Source of the DNA: an uncultured Bacteroides sp.
Lineage (GTDB): Bacteria > Bacteroidota > Bacteroidia > Bacteroidales > GCA-2748055
Length of the DNA: 64,000 nt
Reading direction: 5' to 3'
NCBI GenBank assembly: GCA_964467775.1
Contig: CAYXUD010000042.1
Coordinates: forward strand, 19,172 to 83,171
The position numbers and the translations under genes were made by a program. Below are positions 51,347 through 60,873 of the stretch, piece by piece. The notes beneath the pieces are model-generated. The model saw only the letters and a list, made by a program, of their open reading frames with translations, was not told the origin of the DNA and did no database searches. Each line of letters starts with the position of its first letter. The stretch's first letter is position 1.

Positions 51347-53011
51347 TTACCTTCCATATTCATTATCCTTATCATACCTGAATTTCAGCACCCAGGCATG
51401 ATCACAGGGCCTGGCATCCGGGTTGCCCAACATCACTTCAGGAACCTTTGCAGAGATGCCCCACCTGTCCCTTCCTGTATCCACCCATTCCAGGGGTTTG
51501 TCATACCCGAGCATGGTCACCTCGCTCTCCCAGACAATATTTGCACCCGTGCAGATGAATGTTTCGCTTTTGGGCCAGTAAAGGACAATGGCATATCCAT
51601 AGGTGCTGTCCTTGCTCATGGTGTACCAGACCGGCTGGCCCAGCTGGGTGTTGTCGCAGGTCACCTCGTAGGGCCTTGTAGCATAGATGGCCTCCCCGTT
51701 CACCCCGAGCCAGTCGCCCAGCTCCCTCAATAGCTCCATCTGGATTTCCGGGACCTTCCCCGTTCCGTCGGGATTGACCATCAGGTTCAGGTTGCCGCCC
51801 TTGGCCGCGATCCTCACCAGCATTTCAACAAGTTCATCTGCAGTCAGGTAGTTTTCAAGGGAGTCGGTGCGGTTGTAGCCGTAGGATTCGGACATGGAGC
51901 GGTTCTCCTCCCAGGGTTCATCCATCCTTTCCACCACTTCATCGGTCTCACTGGTATAGAAGTCCCCGTGCGTCTCCCTTGTGCCCCTCCCGAGGCGGTC
52001 GTTGGAAGCCACCTCTTTCCGCCCTTCGGCCCTGTTATAAAAGTAGGCTACAATCTCGGGGGTCCGGTAGTAGGAGGCCGGCCGCTGCCACTCCCCGTCG
52101 AACCAGAGGATATCAGGATCATATTTATCTATGAAATCCTTGGCCTGGGGGACGATCAGCTCGTCAATGAAACTTCTTACCGGGATCTTTCCCGAAAGCA
52201 TCCGGTTGTGCAGTGCACCGTCGAATGCGCCCCTGATCTCACCGGCCTCACGGATGATTTCAGCGCCGTCGGGCGCTATCCCGTCGGACCAGTACCGGAT
52301 CGCCAGGGAATCATTTTTATCGATGACCGGGTATTCATACTCCTCCACCGAGAAATAGAACCCATGGAAGATCCCCTCTTTCCTGGATGCTGCCACCAGT
52401 TCGGCGGTCAGGTCCCTGTGGGGGTTCATCTCCACCACATCGCGCCGGGTGTATTTTGAATCCCAGAGGCAGAATCCGTCATGGTGCTTGCTGAAGGGGA
52501 CGATGTATCTGGCACCGCTCATTTTCACCATTTCCACAATCTCCTCTGCATCAAAGTTTTTGGCATTGAACATGGGGATAAAATCATCCCTCTGAAAATC
52601 CTCTCCCCAGTTCGCCCTGTGGTAATCAGCATACTCATGATACATGCGGTTCAGGTACCAGTCGGGATAACGCGCCCTGTTCCATCCTTTTTCCCCGTAA
52701 CCGGCAATTGAATAGGGTCCCCAGTCATAAAAGATACCCAGCCTGGCATCCCTGTACCATTCGGGCGTGGGATGGGCGTCAATGGATTCGAGCGTGCCCC
52801 GGTAGGTCCCGTTCCGGTTCACTTCCTCCAGCTCGGCCATATCAGCCTTTGCTTCAGCGATCAGGCTCGCGGAGACCTCCTGGTGCAACTCTTCAATGGT
52901 CTGTTCAAATATGAATTTACTGTTCCCCGTACCGGGCAAATGCTGCCTGCAGCCCAGGCAGATCAGGATCGAAGCTGATATCAGCAATATTTGGATGACT
53001 TGAGTCTTCAT
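51347..53011 (-). CDS. GH29 alpha-L-fucosidase
   Basis: 554-aa ORF with a signal/lipobox (LICLGCRQ). Blocks: PTPEWYRDARLGIFYDWGPYSIAGYGE, GARYIVPFSKHHDGFCLWDS, ILWFDGEW. Confidence 0.88.
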   Translation of the reverse strand: MKTQVIQILLISASILICLGCRQHLPGTGNSKFIFEQTIEELHQEVSASLIAEAKADMAELEEVNRNGTYRGTLESIDAHPTPEWYRDARLGIFYDWGPYSIAGYGEKGWNRARYPDWYLNRMYHEYADYHRANWGEDFQRDDFIPMFNAKNFDAEEIVEMVKMSGARYIVPFSKHHDGFCLWDSKYTRRDVVEMNPHRDLTAELVAASRKEGIFHGFYFSVEEYEYPVIDKNDSLAIRYWSDGIAPDGAEIIREAGEIRGAFDGALHNRMLSGKIPVRSFIDELIVPQAKDFIDKYDPDILWFDGEWQRPASYYRTPEIVAYFYNRAEGRKEVASNDRLGRGTRETHGDFYTSETDEVVERMDEPWEENRSMSESYGYNRTDSLENYLTADELVEMLVRIAAKGGNLNLMVNPDGTGKVPEIQMELLRELGDWLGVNGEAIYATRPYEVTCDNTQLGQPVWYTMSKDSTYGYAIVLYWPKSETFICTGANIVWESEVTMLGYDKPLEWVDTGRDRWGISAKVPEVMLGNPDARPCDHAWVLKFRYDKDNEYGR

Positions 53012-53022
53012 CTTTTCTCTAT

Positions 53023-54639
53023 TTATCTGAAAATGACATATAAAATAGCCATCACTGCCACCAGGAACAGAGAAAGAATCCGTGGGTCAGTGAAACCTGA
53101 TATTCTGTCCCTTGTAATGAAATCAAGCGGTTTATCCATTGCAATACCTATTGTCTTTACCAGGGGAGGTGGGGATGTTGAAAGGCTTACCGCTACGTGG
53201 ATCACCGCACAGACCACAAACAACCAGAAGGCCTGCATCATAAGAGGGATTCCAAGGTTATATGTAATGTACCTAGTCCCACTGATGGGCTCGAACTCAA
53301 GGCAGAAGACGAGGATACCGAGGGTAAATCCCGAGATCATGGTTGTCAGGGCACCCTGCTGGTTCCCCCGTTTCCAGAAAACTCCCAGGACCATGACTGC
53401 CGCCACTGGCGGAGCAATGGAGACAAGGATCACATTGATGGCCTCAAAAATGCTTTTGAAACTGGCGATCCAGGGAGACCAGAAGGCAGCAGAGATAAGC
53501 ACCACCAGGATGGTTACCCGGCCGGACAGGAGCAGGTACCTATCTGAGACCGAAGGCCAGAACCGTTTCATGATATCCATGGATACAAGCGTACCCGTGC
53601 TGTTTAGCCCGGCTGCAATGGTACTCATCAATGCTGCGATCAGTGCCGCGGCCAGCAGGCCTTTCATTCCCGGAGGTAAAATTTCGCGGATCAGCGTAGG
53701 CAGGGCATCGTTGGCATCCACGATCCGGTCACCAAACAGCACGTAGGCCACGATACCCGGGACAACCATCATAAAGACCGGCAGTATCTTCAGGAATCCG
53801 GTGAAGACCGGTCCCAGCTGTGCATCCCGTTTTGACCTGGCTCCCAGCACCTTCTGGACAATGGTCTGATCCGATCCGAAATAATAGATGGCAATCACAG
53901 GCAACCCAAGAACAATTGATATGAAGGGCAGATTTGCGGACTCGGGTCCGTTGACCATGCTCAGCTGGTTCGGTTTTATGGCAGCCTTGAAATCTGCCAT
54001 GGATGTTATATCATGGGCCGGAAGCTGCTTAACTGCCAGCACCCCGAGAACAATGGTCCCGACCACCAGGATCACGGTTTGTACAGTTTCAGTGATGACC
54101 ACTGCCCGGAGACCTCCCAGAAGTGTATAGATCAGTGTTGCTGAGATGATCACTGCAAGAGACAGGTTGATTTCAAACCCAAAGAAATTTTTAAATACAA
54201 CGGCCCCTGCATAGAGGCTGATCCCGATATGCGCAAATACGGCAAAAAGCAGGGCTATGATGCCCAGCATGGTGCGTGTATATGGTCCGTATCTTCTCTC
54301 AAGAAATTCTGGCAGTGTGGAGATCCTTGTTCTATAGTATACAGGCGCGAAGACCAGTGAAAGCAAGATAAGTCCCGGGAATGCGAACCATTCAAAATTT
54401 CCCCAGACCATTCCATCCTGAAATCCCTGTGCCACGAGTCCCACCAGATGGGTGGTGGAGATATTAGCGGCAAAGAGCGCCGCCCCTATTATTACCCAGT
54501 TCAAAGAACGGCCGGCCAGGAAAAAACCGTCGCTGCTCCTGGTTTTCCTTTTTATCCCGGCAGATACACCGATGACAACGATGAGTACAAAATAGCACAG
54601 GATGATCAGGTTATCAATCAGGGGAAGTTTTGACTCCAT
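53023..54639 (-). CDS. Sodium:solute symporter family (SSS/SGLT-type) sugar transporter
   Basis: 538-aa polytopic ORF. Blocks: FFLAGRSLNWVIIGAALFAANISTTHLVG and IYTLLGGLRAVVITETVQTVILVVG. Roughly 13-14 hydrophobic segments. Confidence 0.85.
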   Translation of the reverse strand: MESKLPLIDNLIILCYFVLIVVIGVSAGIKRKTRSSDGFFLAGRSLNWVIIGAALFAANISTTHLVGLVAQGFQDGMVWGNFEWFAFPGLILLSLVFAPVYYRTRISTLPEFLERRYGPYTRTMLGIIALLFAVFAHIGISLYAGAVVFKNFFGFEINLSLAVIISATLIYTLLGGLRAVVITETVQTVILVVGTIVLGVLAVKQLPAHDITSMADFKAAIKPNQLSMVNGPESANLPFISIVLGLPVIAIYYFGSDQTIVQKVLGARSKRDAQLGPVFTGFLKILPVFMMVVPGIVAYVLFGDRIVDANDALPTLIREILPPGMKGLLAAALIAALMSTIAAGLNSTGTLVSMDIMKRFWPSVSDRYLLLSGRVTILVVLISAAFWSPWIASFKSIFEAINVILVSIAPPVAAVMVLGVFWKRGNQQGALTTMISGFTLGILVFCLEFEPISGTRYITYNLGIPLMMQAFWLFVVCAVIHVAVSLSTSPPPLVKTIGIAMDKPLDFITRDRISGFTDPRILSLFLVAVMAILYVIFR

Positions 54640-54649
54640 GGAACCCGGA

Positions 54650-55906
54650 TTAATGTGACGGGCTGATTTCCGGGGCCTGCGGGTTCACTTCCGGGCCGAA
54701 ATAGCGGAGCATGACCAGGGGCTCCCTGCCGGAACCGTTCTCAAAGACCACCCCCTCCTGCGCAGCCCGGGCTGTACAGAAAATTTCATCATCGGTGAGC
54801 TCACCGAAACGGATCAGGGAGGGGGATGAGATCCTCAGACGGTTCATGGTCCCCTCACCCTGAACGGTGATCATCCCGTAGGCCCCCCTGTCCCTGATCA
54901 CACACCGGACCCCGGGTTCAACGGTCAGCTCCTTGGCCGTAAATGGCTGCCATCCCGTGAAGCTCCCGTAGCAGACCCACCTGTCGGTGAACCCCGGACC
55001 GCTGTTCTCTTGATCCACCACAGGTTTCAGGAAATGATGCTGTTTAAAAAAGGGATCCGCATTCGATTCCCAGTCGAGCTGCCCTGCAATGAACTCCAGG
55101 TCCCGGTGCCTTTCGGGGGGCATATCCTTCACCAGCAAGGACCAGGACACCTCCCGGCCCTCCACCAGGGACTGGTATATGCCGAATACGTCTGATCCCC
55201 ACTGGGGCTCATAGGTGCAGAGTGAGCCCGGCGCATGCAGGATCCCGGTACCCACCTGCCAGCCCGTACCCGGTTCGAGACGGTATGCCCTTGACAGGGC
55301 GAGGATCCCGTTGTCCCCGCAGTTCCACCTCTCCAGGCACCTGATCAGATCCTCCCGGGTGGTTCCGGGGTCAATCCCGAAAAATGTGTAGGGGAAACGG
55401 TTGGTGACGAAATTGTGCTGCGGGGGGAAGTAGTATGCCTCCGGCTTCCCCTCCTGGCCTACCAGGGCCGCATCCTGATCCGACTGGTGCATGTGAAGGG
55501 GAATGGGGCCCATGTTGTCAAAGAACTTGGAGTAGACCGGCCAGCGGCTGTATTTTTCCCAGATCTCCTTACCCACCATCAGCGCTCCCAGCTCTTCCAC
55601 AGCCTGCTTCAGGGTGACCCTTGAATCCTCAAGGACCACATAGCTGAGTCCCTCGTCAGGCTCGCGCCCCTCGTTGGCCGCTTCGGTGGTGGAGGCAAAC
55701 CACCGCTCATCGATCCCCCCCCGGTCCAGCCCGTAGGCATAAATGTCGGAAGGGTGCAGTTTCAGCCTGCCTCCCGGGTGCAGGAAGGAACGCGGTACCC
55801 AGCAGGGAGCCAGCCTCATGATGCCTCCGCTCTTTTCCAGTGCCTCCTCCAGGAGCATCCTGATCCCGGACTTCTTCACCTCCAGTTCATTCAGAAACCT
55901 TTTCAT
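54650..55906 (-). CDS. Cupin-fold sugar isomerase-like protein (distantly class-I mannose-6-phosphate-isomerase-like); function uncertain
   Basis: The track ORF extends to 56197 and overlaps the divergent gene. Plausible starts are ATG 55906 (MKRFLNELEV) or ATG 55969 (MEVVIVSH). Blocks: RLAPCWVPRSFLHPGGRLKLHPSDIYAYGLDRGGIDERWFASTTEA and GPIPLHMHQSD. It is first in the run with the symporter and GH29. Confidence 0.4.
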   Translation of the reverse strand: MKRFLNELEVKKSGIRMLLEEALEKSGGIMRLAPCWVPRSFLHPGGRLKLHPSDIYAYGLDRGGIDERWFASTTEAANEGREPDEGLSYVVLEDSRVTLKQAVEELGALMVGKEIWEKYSRWPVYSKFFDNMGPIPLHMHQSDQDAALVGQEGKPEAYYFPPQHNFVTNRFPYTFFGIDPGTTREDLIRCLERWNCGDNGILALSRAYRLEPGTGWQVGTGILHAPGSLCTYEPQWGSDVFGIYQSLVEGREVSWSLLVKDMPPERHRDLEFIAGQLDWESNADPFFKQHHFLKPVVDQENSGPGFTDRWVCYGSFTGWQPFTAKELTVEPGVRCVIRDRGAYGMITVQGEGTMNRLRISSPSLIRFGELTDDEIFCTARAAQEGVVFENGSGREPLVMLRYFGPEVNPQAPEISPSH

Positions 55907-56068
55907 GGCAGGGTTTTGGTTTATGATGGATCCCGAGTTTGTGTCATGTGAAACTATGACAACTTCCATTGAAAAGCAAGGATACAAAGGTTTAAATATC
56001 CCCTGCGGGGCGGAAAACGATATCCAAAGTATTGTTATCTTTATCATTGAACAGAGAATCCTCGCATC

Positions 56069-58261
56069 ATGAAAAGAAGGCAATTCCTCAGGGGGATCGG
56101 GATGACCTCGGCCGCAGTGGCGGCCACCTCTCCCCTCTCTGCCACGGCAGCGCCATCCCTGAATGAGATCGAAGACTACAGTTACGGTGGCATTCAATCA
56201 CTGGAAGATGCCGTTTCCCGGGAAGGATTGATCTCCCTGCGGGTGGAGTTCAATGAAAGGCCGGTGCTGGATCGCAAAGGTATGCACGGGATGGTCAGGA
56301 TCAGCAGGGGGGAAATGGTCAGGATCAGCACTTTTTTCCAGGGCACCATTGTTGCCCTGTGGCTGAAAGGTGCCTCTGAAGAGACGCGGGTTACCCTGGG
56401 CAGGGGGGAGAGATTCCGGTTCACGCTGGGGGAACTGGCGGATGCCGGGGAGCTCTCGGGCACCATGGACGGAACCGGGGTAAGGACCAATTTCCTGCTC
56501 GACCGGGAGATCGGGGAGATCAGCCTGGCGGATGCGGGAATCACCGATCCCGGGAATGAATTCAGTTTTGTCGCCATGGCCGATCCCCAGGGAGGGGATC
56601 CTGATGATGCGAACGGACTGAAGACCCGGATGAAGATCCACAATGCCTTTGTCCAGGAGAGTGTCGACCTGGCCAACAGGCTGGAGTTCGACCCCCTGTT
56701 TGCCGTGGTGATCGGGGATGTCTGCGATGACTGGGGATACAAAAAGGACCTGGCCCGTATGAATGACTTCCTTTCAAAGCTCCGGTGCCCGGTCCTTTAC
56801 GGGATCGGGAATCATGAAACCCTTCTTCGCTCGGAATTCACTCCCGGGTACAACATGGAGGCGTTCAACCATTTCCTGGCGGCCCAGAAGGCCATGAACG
56901 GATTGGAGAAACTGCTCTATTCATTCAACGCCGGGATGTGGCACTTCGTGGTCTGGCCGGACCCGCTGAGGAACAGGTTCTGGGAAACACACCCCCATTA
57001 CTTCGACTGGCTGGAGCGGGACCTTGAAAAACACAGGGAGAGGCCCACCATGGTATTTCAGCATGTCCCCTCCCACCCCATCGGGATCTCCCCCATGATC
57101 GGTTATGCCGAATCGGTGGAGGTCAAGCGTACCTTTCTGGAGATCCTGGCCCGGCATGGCAACGTGAAGTACCTGCTGAGCGGCCATGTGCACATCCCGG
57201 TCAGAGCCTCCTTCAAGACCGCGGTTTCCTACAGGGGGATCAGCATGATCAACCTCCCTGCAGCAGGATACCGTCCCCGTGCTTTCGGGGAGGAGGACTA
57301 CTACGGGGGACCGAGCCAGGGGATCGCGCTGGTCCATCTGAAGGGTGACCGGGCCAGCGTGCAGGTGAAGACCGTGACCGAGGAGCTCTTTGACTATCCC
57401 GGATCATTCCCCGAACTGGATGAAGCATCCTACCCCCTCTGGCTCCGCCACGCATGGGAGCTCCCTGTTGCAGAAAGCTTCCGGAACAGTGATTTCAGTG
57501 ACGGGCTGAAGCAGTGGGCACGCAGGTATCTCTACCAGGAAGACGTGGACCCCTCAAATCTGTGCGAGGTCCGGCCGGCTCCGGGTGAACCGGGCAAATC
57601 CTCCCTCTACCTCTATTGCAGAAGGCGCGGGTACCAGGCACCCGGACAGGACCGCCTGCCCCAGGATATCAACAGGATCTGCCAGGCGGTGGGGATCCGG
57701 AAAGGCAGGGACCCGTACATCAGATTCCGTTACCGGATCGACGGAACCATCACGGATGCAGATGGTTTTTCGGGAGGATACATCTGGATCGAGGGATATT
57801 CCGGCAGCAGCAAGGTTTTTAACATGATGTTCTCTGCCGGGAAGATATGGGTCAATATCGCAAGGCAATACGGGCAGATCAGGGAGTTCCCCTATATACA
57901 GAGGGGACTCCCCGGGCAGCCTGACACCTGGTACGACACCATCCTTAATATTGCCGGAGAGTATCATCAGGCGGGGTGGGGAAAGAGTTATAGTGAGCTG
58001 GAGGCGGACCGGCTGGTGGTGAACCTGGGGGTCTGGAACATCAACGACGGGGAGGAGCAACCCTTCGGGATCTGCTTCACCGGTTTTGAACTCGGTTACG
58101 ACCTGAACGAGCCCAGCCGCGCAGGCGGGGTGGCCATAGGCCCCAAGCCCGGGGAGGACGAGTGGTGGCGGAACAAACTGTGGCCAAGCGTGAACATAGC
58201 CGGGGAACACCGTTATATCATTGCCACCCGGAAGGGCCGGGCGGATGAATCCGAAAGATGA
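56069..58261 (+). CDS. TAT-exported calcineurin-like metallophosphoesterase with a C-terminal CBM4/9-like jelly-roll extension
   Basis: 730-aa ORF. Twin-arginine signal: MKRRQFLRGIGMTSAAVAATSPLSATA. Metallophosphoesterase motifs in order: FVAMADPQGG, VVIGDVCDDWG, YGIGNHET, VFQHVP, LSGHVHIP. C-terminal region begins FRNSDFSDGLKQWARRY. Confidence 0.7.
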   Translation: MKRRQFLRGIGMTSAAVAATSPLSATAAPSLNEIEDYSYGGIQSLEDAVSREGLISLRVEFNERPVLDRKGMHGMVRISRGEMVRISTFFQGTIVALWLKGASEETRVTLGRGERFRFTLGELADAGELSGTMDGTGVRTNFLLDREIGEISLADAGITDPGNEFSFVAMADPQGGDPDDANGLKTRMKIHNAFVQESVDLANRLEFDPLFAVVIGDVCDDWGYKKDLARMNDFLSKLRCPVLYGIGNHETLLRSEFTPGYNMEAFNHFLAAQKAMNGLEKLLYSFNAGMWHFVVWPDPLRNRFWETHPHYFDWLERDLEKHRERPTMVFQHVPSHPIGISPMIGYAESVEVKRTFLEILARHGNVKYLLSGHVHIPVRASFKTAVSYRGISMINLPAAGYRPRAFGEEDYYGGPSQGIALVHLKGDRASVQVKTVTEELFDYPGSFPELDEASYPLWLRHAWELPVAESFRNSDFSDGLKQWARRYLYQEDVDPSNLCEVRPAPGEPGKSSLYLYCRRRGYQAPGQDRLPQDINRICQAVGIRKGRDPYIRFRYRIDGTITDADGFSGGYIWIEGYSGSSKVFNMMFSAGKIWVNIARQYGQIREFPYIQRGLPGQPDTWYDTILNIAGEYHQAGWGKSYSELEADRLVVNLGVWNINDGEEQPFGICFTGFELGYDLNEPSRAGGVAIGPKPGEDEWWRNKLWPSVNIAGEHRYIIATRKGRADESER

Positions 58262-58286
58262 ATCTAACTTATTTAAACCTCACCAA

Positions 58287-60857
58287 ATGAAATTATTGCG
58301 CAACTTTTTCCTCATGACATCGGCCCTCCTCCTGGGGGGGTGTGATTCCGGGCCGGAGAGCCCGAAGGGAGCGGATGCCTCCTTCAACACGACCTATTCG
58401 GGGGACCGCCTTGAAAGGGTTGCATTTCCGATGGGAGGGATCGGTGCCGGAATGGTCTGCCTCGAGGGGAACGGCTGTATCTCCCATATCTCTGTCCGCC
58501 ATAAACCGGATGTCTACAATGAGCCTTACATGTTCGGGGCCATCGCTGTGAAAGGCCTGGAAAAAGGGGCAAAGGTGCTCGAAGGCCCGGTCCAGGATCA
58601 CAAGATCTTCGGCAGGCCCCATTCAGGCAACGGACATTCAGACAAAAGCTACGGGCTGCCCCGTTTTGAGCATGCGGTGTTCGATGCCCGGTTCCCCTTT
58701 GGAAAGGTGACCCTGAAGGACAGTGATATTCCCATGGAGGCGGAGATCAGGGGATGGAGCCCTTTTATCCCGGCCGGCGAGGACGACTCCTCCCTCCCTG
58801 TGGCAGCTCTTGAGTACACCTTCACCAACCGGACCGATTCAACCCTGGAGATGGTCTTCAGCTACCACTCGGAGAATTTCATGCGCATCAGGGGAGAGGA
58901 TGTCTGGGGTCCGACCTACCCGGAAAGGGGCCACACTGTACAGAAGACAGAGAACGGGTTCATATTGTCACAGGCATGTCTCCCCGATAAGCCCCACTAC
59001 AAGGGTGATTTCGCCATTTTCACACTGGAGGATGCGGTGGTCGATTACAGGTGGTTCCGCGGCGGATGGTTTGACGCGCATACCCAGCTGTGGAAAGATA
59101 TTGCGAACCTGAACACACCGGCCGATACGGCCACAGGAGGATCTGCCGGGGCATCCATCTATGTGCCCCTCAGGATTGCAGGAGGTGAATCGTGCACCGT
59201 GCACCTCCTGTTCGCCTGGCATGTGCCCCACTCCCTGGTCACCCACGGAACGGACACCGAAAAACTGATCCCCCCGGTGTGCGATCCCTCCACTGGCTGC
59301 TGCTCGGAAGCCTATACGGCCCAGTTTTATGAACCTTGGTACTCTGAGAAATTCCACGACATCCGTGACATGATCCGGTACTGGACCGGCCATTACGATC
59401 ACCTGCGGCAGGAGACCGGACAGTTCAGCAACACGCTTTTTGCATCCGACCTCCCGCCGGAGGTCATGGAGGCCGTTTCTGCCAACCTGAGCATATTGAA
59501 ATCCCCCACCGTACTCAGGCAGCGGAACGGGAAGCTCTGGGCCTACGAGGGGTGTTTCGACGATCAGAGCGGCTGTTGCCACGGCTCATGCACCCATGTC
59601 TGGAACTATGCCCAGGCCATCCCCCATCTCTTTCCCCGCCTGGAAAGGACGCTCAGGGAAACAGAGTTCTATGTGAGCCAGGATGAGAGAGGGCACCAGA
59701 ATTTCCGTACCCCGATCCCCATCCAGGCGGCAGACCACTCCTTTCATGCAGCTGCAGATGGCCAGCTGGGAGGGATCATCAAGGTATACAGGGATTGGAG
59801 GATCTCCGGGGATACCCAGTGGCTGAGATCCCTCTGGCCGGCTGTACAAAGCAGTTTCCATTACTGTTCCACCACCTGGGATCCCATGGGTAAGGGAATT
59901 ATCGAGGAACCCCACCACAATACATACGATATCGAGTTCTGGGGCCCGGATGGCATGTGCACCAGCATCTACCTGGGCGCATGCAGAGCGATGGAGGAGA
60001 TGGCCGCAGCCCTTGGCGAGAACGGGGAAGAGTATGCCCGGCTTCTTCAAAGCGGGAGACGCTATCTGGAGGAGGATCTCTTCAACGGGGAGTACTTCTT
60101 CCAAAAAACCACCTGGGAAGGACTGCAGACCCCGCCTCCGGATGCGGACCAGAGATCATGGAACATCAACTACAGCGAGGAGGCCCTGCAACTGCTCAGA
60201 AAAGAGGGACCCAAATACCAGTACGGAACAGGCTGCCTCTCTGACGGGATCATCGGGGGCTGGTTCGGAGCAGCGGGAGGCCTGCCTGAATTCCTTGACA
60301 GCGAGAAAGTGACCAGCCACCTGAGATCGGTCTACCGCTACAATTTCAGGACCGATCTCACCGACCATGTGAACCCGCAGAGGCCCGGATTTGCCATGGG
60401 AAGGGATGGCGGACTGCTGCTGTGCTCCTGGCCGAAAGGCGGCCGGCCCTCCCTCCCGTTCGTCTACAGCAATGAGGTATGGACCGGGATAGAGTACCAG
60501 GTGGCCTCCCACCTGATGATGATGGGAGAGGTGGATAAGGGACTTGACATCGTTCGCGCCGCCCGTCGGCGGTATGACGGCACCATCCGGAATCCGTTCA
60601 ATGAATATGAATGCGGGCACTGGTACGCGAGGGCCCTCTCCAGCTATGCACTGATGCAGGGTCTGACCGGACTGAGGTACGATGCAGTGGAGAAGACCCT
60701 GCACATCAATTCACAGATCGGGGATGATTTCAGGTGCTTCATCTCCACCGAAACCGGGTACGGCCTGGCTGGACTGAAGGGTGGAGAGCCCTTCATCGAT
60801 GTGGTTTCCGGAACCGTTGATGTGGAACACTTTATTAACCATACGGGGGAACTGTGA
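58287..60857 (+). CDS. GH116-family glycoside hydrolase, copy 2, lipoprotein
   Basis: The track ORF starts at 58221. ATG 58287 gives MKLLRNFFLMTSALLLGGCDSG (lipobox). Blocks: VAFPMGGIGAGMVCLEGNGCISHISVRHKPD and CFDDQSGCCHGSCTHVWNYAQAIPHLFPRLERTLRE. Confidence 0.8.
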   Translation: MKLLRNFFLMTSALLLGGCDSGPESPKGADASFNTTYSGDRLERVAFPMGGIGAGMVCLEGNGCISHISVRHKPDVYNEPYMFGAIAVKGLEKGAKVLEGPVQDHKIFGRPHSGNGHSDKSYGLPRFEHAVFDARFPFGKVTLKDSDIPMEAEIRGWSPFIPAGEDDSSLPVAALEYTFTNRTDSTLEMVFSYHSENFMRIRGEDVWGPTYPERGHTVQKTENGFILSQACLPDKPHYKGDFAIFTLEDAVVDYRWFRGGWFDAHTQLWKDIANLNTPADTATGGSAGASIYVPLRIAGGESCTVHLLFAWHVPHSLVTHGTDTEKLIPPVCDPSTGCCSEAYTAQFYEPWYSEKFHDIRDMIRYWTGHYDHLRQETGQFSNTLFASDLPPEVMEAVSANLSILKSPTVLRQRNGKLWAYEGCFDDQSGCCHGSCTHVWNYAQAIPHLFPRLERTLRETEFYVSQDERGHQNFRTPIPIQAADHSFHAAADGQLGGIIKVYRDWRISGDTQWLRSLWPAVQSSFHYCSTTWDPMGKGIIEEPHHNTYDIEFWGPDGMCTSIYLGACRAMEEMAAALGENGEEYARLLQSGRRYLEEDLFNGEYFFQKTTWEGLQTPPPDADQRSWNINYSEEALQLLRKEGPKYQYGTGCLSDGIIGGWFGAAGGLPEFLDSEKVTSHLRSVYRYNFRTDLTDHVNPQRPGFAMGRDGGLLLCSWPKGGRPSLPFVYSNEVWTGIEYQVASHLMMMGEVDKGLDIVRAARRRYDGTIRNPFNEYECGHWYARALSSYALMQGLTGLRYDAVEKTLHINSQIGDDFRCFISTETGYGLAGLKGGEPFIDVVSGTVDVEHFINHTGEL

Positions 60858-60873
60858 CCTGACGCCGCGCGGG

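Noticed and set aside
56036-56043. Candidate Bacteroidota -7 promoter box TATCTTTA, 25 nt upstream of the metallophosphoesterase ATG
   Set aside because: It differs from the TAnnTTTG consensus at the last base, and I could not find a convincing -33 element. The divergent intergenic region 55907-56068 must contain promoters, but I cannot place them from sequence alone.
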